Shown here piece after piece: positions 19,008 through 28,788 of a DNA stretch of 64,000 nucleotides. The position numbers and the translations under genes were made by a program. The DNA is from an uncultured Anaerolineales bacterium (GTDB lineage: Bacteria > Chloroflexota > Anaerolineae > B4-G1 > SLSP01). The notes beneath the pieces were generated by a model. That model had not been told where the DNA came from. It saw only the letters and a program-made list of their open reading frames with translations, and ran no database searches. The stretch is from NCBI GenBank assembly GCA_964504195.1, contig CAZDDI010000004.1:23328-87327 (forward strand). The letters are read 5' to 3'. Within the stretch, counting starts at the first letter, position 1; the number at the start of each line of letters is the position of its first letter.

Positions 19008-21098
19008 CTATGCTTGCACAACTACCGGCTGTTTCTTCGCCGTGAGCAGCGAGACCACCACCAGCACGATGAAGCTCAGCGGGATAGAGACGATGCCAGG
19101 CTGGTTAATGGGCATGGGCGCGGTGGCCGGGTTGAGGCCGTAGCGCGCCCACATATCGGGGCTGAGCATGATGAGTGTCACGGAGGCGACAATCCCGGTC
19201 AAAATGGAGGCGATCATCCCCGGCGCGGTAGCCTTCTTCCAGAACAACATCAGCAGCAGCGCGGGCAGATTGGCCGAGGCAGCCACGGCAAACGCCCACC
19301 CCACCAGGAACGAGACGTTCATATCGCGGAAGGCGATGCCCAGCACGATGCCAATGATACCCACCACCACCGCCACGATCCGCCCGGCCTGCACTTTGGC
19401 AGTATCGGAGAACTCCCGCCGGAACAGATTGCCCATCAGATCGTGCGCCACCGCGCCCGAAGCGGCCATAATCAGGCCGGAGACTGTCGCCAACACGGTA
19501 GTGAAGGCAATGCCGGAGATCATCGCAAAGAGCACCTCGCCGAAGCTGCGGGCCAACAGCGGCGCACTCATGTTGCTCGTCTCCGGATTCAGCGCGCCGC
19601 TCGCCACCGACCCCACCCCCAGGTACATCGTGAAGATGTAGAAGAGGCCGATACCCGCGATGGCGACGATGGTGGACTTGCGGGCCGCGTCGGCGCTGGG
19701 GACGGTATAATAGCGGATGAGGATATGCGGCAGCGCCGAGGTGCCGAGGAAGAGCGCCAGCATCAGCGAGATGAAGTTGAGCCGGTTGAGCAGCGTCGTC
19801 GAGGCCGGCTCGCCAGGCTGCGCTTCCAGCGGGAACATCAGCCCCGAACGCATGAAGGTCGCGCCATCCAGCGGTACCTCGTAGTGAATGGTGATACGCT
19901 CGCCAGCATCGGTGGTGAAGGCGACATTGCGCGGACGCTGCACGACCGTATCCTCATCCGCAAACACGCTCAGCAAGCGCAATGGATCGAGCGGGCCAGT
20001 ACGCTCGCCATACGCAGCGGGCAGTTGGGAAACGCCGCCCATCTGCCGGAGCCGATTGGTGAGCACCTCCGGCGCGCCGTTGACCAGCGCCGTCCCATCG
20101 GGCAGCACGGCGCGATACTGCGTCTCCACCAGGCGCATCGCGCCATCCGCGCCGGTCTCCAGTCGCCACCAATCCTCGATGCGGATAAAGGGCCGCCCTT
20201 CGACCTGCTCCAACGCCCAGCCGACGGCCGGCCCGGAAGCGGTGTGGAAGTGCGGCGTGCGCCCTTTGATGCTGGCGGTGTAGCCATCGCCGCCCTCGGC
20301 AATCGCCGGGATCAGCCGCGAGATACGATAGAAGACGATGCTCTCCGCGCCCGTGTAGCGATCCACAACCGCGTGTCGTCCCACCACGCGCGCGCCGGGC
20401 AAATCCACCATGAGCGTGTCGCCGCTGCGTTCAGCCGCGATGGTGGCGTAGCGATAGGCCTCCAATCCCGCCACACCCTCCTCCATCGGACGGTCCGTCA
20501 CACTCACGCCACGCAGCAGGATAGCGATTGTGAGCACCGCAGCAAAAAGCAGCAGCAGCCCGCCGTTGAAGAATTGCACCCAAGTCGTGGAGGTCATCCC
20601 GCCGCCGGCCACAATGAAGATGACCACCGCGCCGACGATGATGACGCCCCAGTGGTGCGGAATCCCCAGCAGCGGCTCTACCAGCACGCCCGCACCCACC
20701 ATCTGCGGCACGAGGTAGAAGAGCGAAACCACCAGCACACTCAATCCAGCGGCCAGCTGGATGCCCGGACTCTTGAAGGTGCTGTTGAGAGCATCGGGAA
20801 AGGTGAACGTCCCCCGCCGCTTCATCGGCTCAGCAATCACGAAGAGGGCCACAATCCACCCTGCGAGAAAACCGATGGAGTAGAGGAAGCCATCGTAGCC
20901 AAAAAAGGCGATAAGACCCGCAATGCCCAGGAAGCTCGCCACGGAGAGATAGCCGCCAGCAAACGCGACACCGTTGACCGTCCACGGCACAGAGCTGTTG
21001 GCGACAAAATAGCCGCCCACACCGCGCGCCCGGCGGCTCGTATAAGAGGAAATCGCCAACACCACACCTACAAAGATGAAGAAAACTACAATTGCCAT
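19008..21098 (-). CDS. Sodium:solute symporter family transporter (ActP-like cation/acetate symporter) with ~230-aa hydrophilic insertion
   Basis: SSS-family TM pattern; start overlaps upstream DUF485 stop. The 862-aa antisense ORF on the + strand is rejected. Confidence 0.75.
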   Translation of the reverse strand: MAIVVFFIFVGVVLAISSYTSRRARGVGGYFVANSSVPWTVNGVAFAGGYLSVASFLGIAGLIAFFGYDGFLYSIGFLAGWIVALFVIAEPMKRRGTFTFPDALNSTFKSPGIQLAAGLSVLVVSLFYLVPQMVGAGVLVEPLLGIPHHWGVIIVGAVVIFIVAGGGMTSTTWVQFFNGGLLLLFAAVLTIAILLRGVSVTDRPMEEGVAGLEAYRYATIAAERSGDTLMVDLPGARVVGRHAVVDRYTGAESIVFYRISRLIPAIAEGGDGYTASIKGRTPHFHTASGPAVGWALEQVEGRPFIRIEDWWRLETGADGAMRLVETQYRAVLPDGTALVNGAPEVLTNRLRQMGGVSQLPAAYGERTGPLDPLRLLSVFADEDTVVQRPRNVAFTTDAGERITIHYEVPLDGATFMRSGLMFPLEAQPGEPASTTLLNRLNFISLMLALFLGTSALPHILIRYYTVPSADAARKSTIVAIAGIGLFYIFTMYLGVGSVASGALNPETSNMSAPLLARSFGEVLFAMISGIAFTTVLATVSGLIMAASGAVAHDLMGNLFRREFSDTAKVQAGRIVAVVVGIIGIVLGIAFRDMNVSFLVGWAFAVAASANLPALLLMLFWKKATAPGMIASILTGIVASVTLIMLSPDMWARYGLNPATAPMPINQPGIVSIPLSFIVLVVVSLLTAKKQPVVVQA

Positions 21099-21389
21099 CT
21101 AGCCCTCCTGTTGGCGGCTCTGCGCCGGAGCAACCGCGCCCGCAGACGGGACCCGGCAGAGGTAGTTGTAGATCAACGCAAAGATGAAGGCGATGATGAT
21201 CAACGCCAGCCCGTAGGCGACGGCCAGATTCAATCCAAACACAGCGCGCGCGCCCATAGTGGTGGGCTGGAACACGCTGAGGATGACAAACCCGGCGTAA
21301 ATGAGGGAATACAGAAGGGTCATGCGAATACCAATGCGGGACTTGCGTCGCTCGAAAGCTTCGCTTGCCGCTGTCGAATGCTGCGTCAT
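21099..21389 (-). CDS. DUF485 (YjcH-like) small membrane protein
   Basis: Two TM helices; coupled to SSS transporter as in yjcH-actP. Confidence 0.7.
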   Translation of the reverse strand: MTQHSTAASEAFERRKSRIGIRMTLLYSLIYAGFVILSVFQPTTMGARAVFGLNLAVAYGLALIIIAFIFALIYNYLCRVPSAGAVAPAQSRQQEG

Positions 21390-21639
21390 AGGAACCTCCT
21401 GGTTACGCGAGTATGGGATAGCGGTAGCTTTCCGTATGGTAGCATGATTCTGGGAAGATACAAACGCAGATTAACAACAAAACTAACGCCAAGGCTTTAC
21501 ACCGATAAGCCAAGTCCTGTACTTGCCAAAACAGGTAGTAACTACTCAATCTTGTCATTACGAGCCACGTCTCCGTGGTGTCCGTTGTCAAGCGACAATT
21601 AGAAATGCCCATATCAGAGGGCAAAACCTCAGCGGCCTG

Positions 21640-21765
21640 GGGAGGGGGCGAAGAATAACGGTTTTTTTGGGCGGCGGCTTCGCCGCCGCCCAAAAAAACC
21701 ACAAAAAAAATCCCCCCTTTCCCCCGCAAGCGGGGGAAAGGGGGCAGAGGGATAGGGGGTATCAT
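21640..21765 (-). ncRNA. GC-rich tandem-hairpin element, copy 1 (hairpin A + U8 + hairpin B); candidate structured RNA or terminator
   Basis: ccctttcccccgc/gcgggggaaaggg + tttttttt + gggcggcgg cttc ccgccgccc; structural homologue at 61546-61735 with compensatory stem changes. Confidence 0.4.
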
Positions 21766-21994
21766 TTTATTTTTAGAACGACCAACTTGACACAAAACCT
21801 TATTTACAGATTAATTTCTTAAAATTTATAAGCGCATCGCTAATATCATCTATGGCGAGCCATGTCATTAAGTTAAGACCCGGCAGGTTTCGCTTACATT
21901 GTGTTTGACCGCATTTTCCAGGTAAATAAAAGGGGGAGTGTAGCGTCAAACCTCTCAAACCTGCCAGATCTGTGTGCTAAACTTAATAACACTG

Positions 21995-23557
21995 CTATGG
22001 TGACCAAACCCAGGTGTCCATACCGTTGAAATAGCGGAGCAACGTGCGAGGTGCAGTGGTCGTGTACCAAGCTATCTCGCGCTCCCCTACTTCCACACGC
22101 CAGGCATCCTGCGAACCAAACGTGGTCTCCACCGCCTCGACACCGATAACTTTGACCAGCATCGTTTCCAGCACTGGGCCGCTATCTTGCGTTGCCTGGC
22201 GCCATACATTTGGCGACAGGTGTAGCAACCGGGCGGTAACGCCCTCTTCAAAAGTGAGTGCCGCCAGCTGCCAGGGCCAAATACCGCTAGCTGTGACAAG
22301 CGTATCCTGCGCCAACAAGGGCAACGGCTCCACCCAAGTCTCCATTTCCGCGTCTGCATGGGTGGCCTCAACAGTGATTGCTTGCTCAGCCAACATCCAC
22401 TGTATCACCTGCGCTTCAAAGTCGGATAGATCTAACAACGGCGCGTAGCTCTCCCGATCCCAACGCACCATACGTTCCCCCACAAGCGCCTGGCTGTACC
22501 AATAACTGCGCTCCACCTGCACTTCGTATTCCTGCTGATCCTGCCAACAGGTCAGGGTAACGGCCTGTGTCTCTGGTGCGAGTGTGCAGGTCGCCTCGCC
22601 AATGGGATCGTCAATGACGTTGTAAATCTGATAGTGCCACGTTTGTGTCTCAACCCAGGGCAGCGGATTGAGGACCACAGGCTGGGCAAACAGCTCCGGC
22701 GAATAGCCAACAAAAACCTCTAGCCCGATGAAAATGAGCCAGATCGGCAAAGCAGCCAGTAAAGGCCAACTGCGCGCCAACCAACCGCGCTCTGTAACCG
22801 GTGCATCTGGAGGCGGTGCGGGGCGCGTGAGGCGGACAAGCAACCCCAGCGATAGCAACACCAACCCGAGACCGGCAATCGCTGTGGGAAACGCCAGAAT
22901 CACCTCCCCCGCTGATTGAATCCACACACGTTGAGTAATCACCAGCGCGGCTAACACATTGGCTCCGAAGTGTGTGAGCATGGAAGCGGGAAGGGAGGCA
23001 GTGCGCCAATAGACAAATCCAAGCACCAGCACCAGGGGTATAATGCTCAAGCCCTGTAGCAATGCGAGATGAAAGGCCATGAACAATAGCCCTACGAAGA
23101 GAATAACCCGCAGCGGCCCCCAATGGGCATAAGCATTTTGAACTATACCACGAAAAAGCACCTCCTCGCAGATGGGCGCCATCACGGCGAACGCCACGAA
23201 AGCCAGTAGGGCTTCAAAAGGCGTGCTAGGAATCAGCTCTGGCATCTCCGGCAAGGTGTAACCGAGGAGTGCCTGGTAAAGGTCGGCACTGTAAATTGCC
23301 AAAGGATACAGCCCCGCACCAATGACGAAACTCAAACCAGCGATTTTCCATCCCGGCCAGCGCCACTGTAGCGTCTCCCGCACCGGAAGCCCCGCCCAAC
23401 GCAGGTAAATAAACGCAGGCAGCAGAATAAACAACGCCTGGTTTAGAATCATACGCACATAGTTCGGCAGCCAAAAAAACAGCACGTTGCTCGCTTGAAG
23501 TCCGAGTACAATCAAGAGCAACAAATTAACATGGGATATAGAAGGTCTTTTCACCAT
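21995..23557 (-). CDS. CPBP-family intramembrane metalloprotease (CAAX protease-like) with long C-terminal soluble domain
   Basis: EEVLFRG, FxxxH, HxxxN motifs; start MVKRP with RBS AGGAG. Confidence 0.7.
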   Translation of the reverse strand: MVKRPSISHVNLLLLIVLGLQASNVLFFWLPNYVRMILNQALFILLPAFIYLRWAGLPVRETLQWRWPGWKIAGLSFVIGAGLYPLAIYSADLYQALLGYTLPEMPELIPSTPFEALLAFVAFAVMAPICEEVLFRGIVQNAYAHWGPLRVILFVGLLFMAFHLALLQGLSIIPLVLVLGFVYWRTASLPASMLTHFGANVLAALVITQRVWIQSAGEVILAFPTAIAGLGLVLLSLGLLVRLTRPAPPPDAPVTERGWLARSWPLLAALPIWLIFIGLEVFVGYSPELFAQPVVLNPLPWVETQTWHYQIYNVIDDPIGEATCTLAPETQAVTLTCWQDQQEYEVQVERSYWYSQALVGERMVRWDRESYAPLLDLSDFEAQVIQWMLAEQAITVEATHADAEMETWVEPLPLLAQDTLVTASGIWPWQLAALTFEEGVTARLLHLSPNVWRQATQDSGPVLETMLVKVIGVEAVETTFGSQDAWRVEVGEREIAWYTTTAPRTLLRYFNGMDTWVWSP

Positions 23558-23581
23558 CAAAGGCACTCCTGTGCGTAGCAA

Positions 23582-23977
23582 TTACTCAGCGGCTTCTTGA
23601 ATCCAGGCATGAGCCTCTTCAAGATTCACAAACCACCGCACGGCCATCTCATCCTTCGAGCGTGCAGCATAATCAGTTTGCCCCATGCGCGTAAACTGAT
23701 CCTTGGGCACGATAAACGCCAGCTTCCGTATCCCCACCTCAAGCAATTGTGGATTCCCTACCTCTGCCAACCACCGCACATCTTCTGTAGCGACTTCTTT
23801 TTGCTCTCGCGTATCGCTGATGATTGCGTGTACTTCTTCTGTCTGCGCAAAGGCAATGGTTTTTTCGATAGACGCTCTAAAGTTTAATGATCCGGCATAC
23901 CCCTGCCAAATCTGAAGCACACAGTACGATTCAGGCATGTATTTGATAACACAATGGGACTTAAAATCAACAAGCAT
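23582..23977 (-). CDS. STAS/SpoIIAA-like domain protein
   Basis: C-terminal ...VNLEEAHAWI; ~130 aa. Confidence 0.45.
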   Translation of the reverse strand: MLVDFKSHCVIKYMPESYCVLQIWQGYAGSLNFRASIEKTIAFAQTEEVHAIISDTREQKEVATEDVRWLAEVGNPQLLEVGIRKLAFIVPKDQFTRMGQTDYAARSKDEMAVRWFVNLEEAHAWIQEAAE

Positions 23978-24201
23978 CTTAATTGTACCTCACACTACGC
24001 TCACAAAAAAACTGGGAATCTACCCGAAAACTCATGCAAGCCTTGGCTTCGGCAGGTTCAAGCACCGCCAAGTCTCGACAGTCTCGATCAGCAACAAAAT
24101 TTCCGAAAATGTTCAGCCAACACTACACGGCTGCTCCCTATAAACATACCCACCAAATTATAATGAAGTTTGAAAAATAACGCAAATGAGATTCACGAAA
24201 G

Positions 24202-24726
24202 TTAAGAATCTCTCATCACAAACACCGCATACGCTGCGGGAATTTTGATGCCAAAGCACTGGCACAACAATTTGACATCGTGATAGTCGTTCTCGTCGAG
24301 CGGGTAGCCGGTGTGGAATTCTACCATCCATTCCGGGGTGATACAGCGCACCGGCTGGCCTGCGATGACGCCCTTGCCGCGCAAAGAGGCGGACGGATAC
24401 GGAACGCCAAAGGTAAGGTTGCCCTCTGCATCGAACGTGTATGAATGGAAGTCCACCAAATGGCCCTGATCGTCACCGAGCACGAAATTGCAGTCCCGCG
24501 TATCGTCACGCGGCACATCCTGGTAACCGCGCGCTTCGAGCAGAGCGCGCAGTTGCGGCACGTCCTTATGCTGCATGGCGATGTCCAGATCCGCGTGCGG
24601 GCGCGTCTGCTCACCGAGCAGCGCATCCACGCCCCACCCGCCATCAAGGATGATCTCGATGTCGTGTTCGACACAGAGCTGGAGCAGCTCAAGTACGTCT
24701 TGTGCGGTCATTTCAGGGTGTGGCAT
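24202..24726 (-). CDS. ANT(2'')-Ia-like nucleotidyltransferase (aminoglycoside/lincosamide nucleotidyltransferase family)
   Basis: GGWGVDALLGEQTRPHADLDIA and GVIAGQPVRCITPEW match ANT(2'') GGWAIDARLGRVTRKHDDIDL / GVIAGRPVRC. Confidence 0.7.
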   Translation of the reverse strand: MPHPEMTAQDVLELLQLCVEHDIEIILDGGWGVDALLGEQTRPHADLDIAMQHKDVPQLRALLEARGYQDVPRDDTRDCNFVLGDDQGHLVDFHSYTFDAEGNLTFGVPYPSASLRGKGVIAGQPVRCITPEWMVEFHTGYPLDENDYHDVKLLCQCFGIKIPAAYAVFVMRDS

Positions 24727-24860
24727 GTTTCATCCATAGCGCGAAGCGTCTCGAACGGCCCGCGCAGCTGATCCTCCGGCGCACCGGAGAGCAGCTGTGA
24801 AAACTTCGCAGTTACGCTTTGGGCAAAGCGTTGGAAGACGGGGAGGATGGGTGGGGTCAT

Positions 24861-25091
24861 TTACATATTCTCCTCAAACCAATCTTCAAGCGCCTTATCC
24901 AACGCTGCCAAAGCGGTATCTAGCGAATCCGTGTTCACGTTACTTTCCCACACCAACCCGCCGAGATCAAGGGCGCGCACCAGCGAGACACTGTATTCGT
25001 CAGAGCCGACTTCAATCCAGCCTTGTTCATCAATCCACCGGGCGATGGTGGGGTAAAGCTGCGAAAATGTCGTCATGTGTAACCTCCACAT
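24861..25091 (-). CDS. Hypothetical small protein (76 aa)
   Basis: Complete ORF upstream of ANT gene; a 44-aa ORF (24727-24860) lies between them. Confidence 0.4.
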   Translation of the reverse strand: MWRLHMTTFSQLYPTIARWIDEQGWIEVGSDEYSVSLVRALDLGGLVWESNVNTDSLDTALAALDKALEDWFEENM

Positions 25092-25267
25092 TGTAACGCG
25101 AAACGTCGGCTTCGCATCTCTTGCGAACTGACAGTTCGCACTACATTTTCGTCATCGTTGATGTGCCAATAGCACATGGAGACCTCTTTCGATGAGGTCA
25201 TGCGGATTGATCATGCACTCAAATTATAGCCTCAATCAGCGGACAGGCAAAATCTCGCTCCCCCTCC

Positions 25268-25305
25268 AAAAAAAAGCGTGAAACGCGATTGCTCACGTTT
25301 CACGC
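25268..25305 (-). terminator. Intrinsic terminator after metH (gcgtgaaacg-N10-cgtttcacgc + T8 on minus strand)
   Basis: Perfect 10-bp stem followed by U-run in transcript orientation. Confidence 0.65.
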
Positions 25306-25324
25306 CTCACGGTTCACGTCCCTC

Positions 25325-28300
25325 TCACACCACAAAATACCGCGCGTGGGGCGCGTGGACGATCAACGCGGCGGTGCTATGCTCCGGCACGAGCTGCCCG
25401 GCGAGGGTGAGGGCCATGCCCAGAGCCGTTTCTGCGGGCAGCAGGGCGAAGACCGTCCGGTGCTGGGTGACATCCGGGCAGGCCGGGTAGCCCCACGAGT
25501 AGCGCTTGCCTTGCGTTGCGCCCAGCCCCAGCTCGCGGCGGATGCGGGCGTGCAGCCATTCCGCCGTCGCTTCCGCCATCGCCGCCGCCAGCCCGTGGAC
25601 GTAGTACGCCTCGCTGTACGCGCCCGCCGTCTCCAGCGCACCGTACCGCTCGGTAGGGCCGCGCCCCACCGTCACCACCTGCAAGGCCGCCACATCCACG
25701 CGCCCGCTCGCTACCGGCGCGAAGTAGTCCGCCAGACACAGGCACTCGCCGCCGCGCTGCCGGGGGAACACGAACCGCCCCAGCTCGCCCCACGCTTCCG
25801 GCTCGCGCGGATCGTAAATCACCAGCGCGTCGCCGTCGGACTGCGCGGGGAAGTAGCCGTACACGGCCTGCGGGCGCAGATACGCCCCGGCCTCCGCCCA
25901 CATCGCCGCCAGCCGCGCATCGAAATCAGCCTGCACCGCCGCCCACTGCTCGCCGGTAGCCCCGCGCGCGCCCCAGCCCACCCGGTACAGGCTCTTGCGA
26001 TCCAGCAGTGGATGCAGTTCCTCCAGGGGGATGCTCCGCAGGGCACGATAGCCCCAGAAGGGCGGCGTGGGCGCGGCGGCGTGATGCTGGCCCGCCGGGG
26101 CGCTGCACTCGGCGCAACTGCTGCACGTCGCCTGCGGCGCGGCGTGCTCATGGTCGTGCTCATGCGCGGGGGGTGCCGGCTTGAACAGCACGATTTGCTC
26201 CAACACCTGCAACGCCTCGAAGGCGTCCTTACAATAGTAGACCCCGCCGTGATACAGGCCGCCCGGCTCGGTGACGGCGATGCGCTGCGCGAACGCCGGG
26301 TTGATGGCCGCGCCGCCCACCAGCAGCGGAATCGCCAGCCCGCGCCGCTGCAACGCCTCCACCATCCGCGCCATCTGTTGGCTGGTCGCCACCAGCAGCG
26401 CGGAAAGCCCAATCGCATCCGCGTTGACCTCCACCGCTTTCTCGATGATGGTCTCCACCGGCACTTGCTTGCCCAAATCATGCACCGTGTAGCCGTTGTT
26501 CGCCAGAATCGTCTTCACCAGGTTCTTGCCGATGTCATGCACATCGCCGTAGACCGTCGCCAGCACCACCACGCCCTTGCTCGCGCTTGCGTCGCGCTCC
26601 AGGTACTGCTCCAAATGCGTCACCGCCGCCCGCATCACTTCTGCCGATTGCAACACGAACGGCAAAATCAATTCGCCAGTCCCAAAAAGCTCGCCCACCG
26701 CCTTCATCGCGGGGAGCAGCACCTCGTTGAGCACGGCCAGCGGCGCGCGCTCGGTCAGACACGCATCCACCAGGGCCTCTACCCCCTCGCGGCGGCGGCG
26801 CAGGACGGCCTGATACAGGCGCTCGGCGGGCGCGGCGGTCGGCAAGGGGTCGGCATCCACTGAAGCCGCGTGCCCCTCGAAGTGCGTCACGAACCGCGCC
26901 AGCGCGTCTGCCCGCCGGTTGAAGATGAGATCATCAGCCAGCTCGCGCTCCTCGGCGGAAATGTCGGCGTAGGGGGTGATTTGGGCGGGGTTGACGATGG
27001 CCGCATCGAGGCCCGCCTCCACCGCGCGATAGAGGAAGACGCTGTTGAGGACACGGCGGGCGGGGGGGCGCAAGCCGTAAGAGACGTTGCTCACGCCGAG
27101 GTTGGTGAGCGCGCCGGGCAGCTCCGCCTGGATGCGGCGCAGCGCGTCGAGCGTGGCGATGGCGGCGGTGGCGCTCTCGGCATCACCGGTGGCCAGCGTG
27201 AACGTGAGCGGATCGAAGATGAGCGCGTGCGGCGGGAGGCCGATGTCATCCACCGCCAGGGCGTACAGCCGCCGGGCGATCTCCAGCTTGCGCTCGACGG
27301 TCTTCGCCATGCCCTGCTCGTCAATCGTGAGCGCAATCAGCGCCGCGCCAAACTCCCGCGCCAGTTCCAGAATCGCACGGGCGCGCGCCTCGCCGCCCTC
27401 CAGGTTCACGGAGTTGATGACCGCCCGCCCCGGATACACCTCCAGCGCGGCGCGCATCACTGCCGGGTCGGTCGTATCGAACGCCAACGGCGCGGGCGAG
27501 TGGAGCGCGAGCTGCTTGACCACGTCCTGCATCGTCGCGACCTCGTCATCGCGCTCGGTGAGCGCCACGCACACATCGAGCAGGTGCGCGCCGTAGCTCA
27601 CCTGCATCTCCGCGAGCTCCACCAGCGCAGCGTAGCGGCGTTCCAGCACCAGCTCGCGGGCCTGCTTGCTACCCTGAGTGTTGATGCGCTCGCCGATGAT
27701 GAGCGGGCGCGGCTCCTGATGCAGCGGCACAGCCTGGATGTTGCTCGCCAGATACGGCAGCGCGGCAGGCGCGAAATCGCCGCGCAGGGCCGTCGCGGGG
27801 AGCGCAGCCCGCAGAGCCGCGATGTGCTGCGGGCCAGTGCCGCAGCACCCACCCACCACGCGGACGCCCCACCCCGCAAACTCGGCCAGCGCCGCGGCGA
27901 AGGTTTCAGGCTGCATCCGGTAGACTGCGCGCCCGGCCACGTTCTCCGGCATCCCGGCATTGGGCATCACGGAGATGGGGCGGTTGCTCAGGGCGAGCAG
28001 ACGACGCACGGCAGCGCGCATCTCTTCCGGGCCGGTGGAGCAATTCAGGCCGATGATGTCCACCGGCAGCGCGGCCATCGCGACCAGCGCGGTTTCGGCG
28101 TCGGGGCCGGTGAGCGTGTGGCCACTCGCGTCGAGCGTGATCTGCGCCTGGATGGGGACGCGGACGCCCAGGCGCGTGAACGCCTGCCATACGCCCTGCA
28201 CGGCGGCCTTGAGCTCCAGCAAGTCCTGCTGGGTTTCCAGGAGCAGCACATCCACGCCGCCTTCGAGCAACGCCTGCGCCTGCTCCGCGTAGACCTCGGC

Positions 28301-28759
28301 CAGCTCCGCGAAGGTGAAGCGGGAGAGCTCCGGGTCATCGAGCGAGGGCAGCTGCCCGGTCGGCCCCATCGAGCCGACGACGAAGCGCGGGCGGCCCGTC
28401 GCTGCCGTGTAGCGGTCGGCCACAGCGCGGGCTAGGCTCGCCGCGCGGCGGTTGAGCTCCGGCGTCAGATCGCCCACGCCGAACTCGGCCAGCGTGAGAC
28501 GGTTGCCCCGGAAGCTGTTGGTCTCGATGGCGTCCGCCCCGGCCTCCAGGTAGGCGACATGCGCGGCTTCCACCGCGTCGGGGCGATGCAGGAGCAGCAT
28601 CTCGTTCAAGCCCTGCGTGCGCTCGCCGCCATAATCCGCCGCGCCCAGGTCAAACAGGGCCAGCTGCGTGCCGGTCGCGCCATCGCACAGCACGACATGG
28701 TCTTCCACCGCGTCGAGGTAGCGGCGGTTGGTGTAGGGGATCAGAGTGTAGTCGGGCAT
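25325..28759 (-). CDS. metH: Cobalamin-dependent methionine synthase
   Basis: Hcy-binding, pterin-binding (GGCCG), B12-binding (DVHDIGKN) and AdoMet-reactivation domains; 1144 aa. Confidence 0.9.
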   Translation of the reverse strand: MPDYTLIPYTNRRYLDAVEDHVVLCDGATGTQLALFDLGAADYGGERTQGLNEMLLLHRPDAVEAAHVAYLEAGADAIETNSFRGNRLTLAEFGVGDLTPELNRRAASLARAVADRYTAATGRPRFVVGSMGPTGQLPSLDDPELSRFTFAELAEVYAEQAQALLEGGVDVLLLETQQDLLELKAAVQGVWQAFTRLGVRVPIQAQITLDASGHTLTGPDAETALVAMAALPVDIIGLNCSTGPEEMRAAVRRLLALSNRPISVMPNAGMPENVAGRAVYRMQPETFAAALAEFAGWGVRVVGGCCGTGPQHIAALRAALPATALRGDFAPAALPYLASNIQAVPLHQEPRPLIIGERINTQGSKQARELVLERRYAALVELAEMQVSYGAHLLDVCVALTERDDEVATMQDVVKQLALHSPAPLAFDTTDPAVMRAALEVYPGRAVINSVNLEGGEARARAILELAREFGAALIALTIDEQGMAKTVERKLEIARRLYALAVDDIGLPPHALIFDPLTFTLATGDAESATAAIATLDALRRIQAELPGALTNLGVSNVSYGLRPPARRVLNSVFLYRAVEAGLDAAIVNPAQITPYADISAEERELADDLIFNRRADALARFVTHFEGHAASVDADPLPTAAPAERLYQAVLRRRREGVEALVDACLTERAPLAVLNEVLLPAMKAVGELFGTGELILPFVLQSAEVMRAAVTHLEQYLERDASASKGVVVLATVYGDVHDIGKNLVKTILANNGYTVHDLGKQVPVETIIEKAVEVNADAIGLSALLVATSQQMARMVEALQRRGLAIPLLVGGAAINPAFAQRIAVTEPGGLYHGGVYYCKDAFEALQVLEQIVLFKPAPPAHEHDHEHAAPQATCSSCAECSAPAGQHHAAAPTPPFWGYRALRSIPLEELHPLLDRKSLYRVGWGARGATGEQWAAVQADFDARLAAMWAEAGAYLRPQAVYGYFPAQSDGDALVIYDPREPEAWGELGRFVFPRQRGGECLCLADYFAPVASGRVDVAALQVVTVGRGPTERYGALETAGAYSEAYYVHGLAAAMAEATAEWLHARIRRELGLGATQGKRYSWGYPACPDVTQHRTVFALLPAETALGMALTLAGQLVPEHSTAALIVHAPHARYFVV

Positions 28760-28788
28760 AGTGTTACCTCAGTGTACAGGCTTTTTAC

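Noticed and set aside
19014-21602. 862-aa ORF on + strand
   Set aside because: Antisense to the SSS transporter and DUF485 genes. Its sequence is low-complexity and Arg/His/Gly-rich, which is typical of spurious open frames in high-GC DNA.
21403-21795. 130-aa minus ORF covering the GC-rich hairpin cluster
   Set aside because: The frame runs through polyG/polyC hairpins and poly-T tracts. It is more plausibly a non-coding structured element.
25289-28435. Long + strand ORFs (524 aa, 521 aa) and several nested ORFs
   Set aside because: They overlap the well-supported minus-strand metH gene and have Arg/Gly/Ala-rich compositions. They are GC-driven antisense artefacts.
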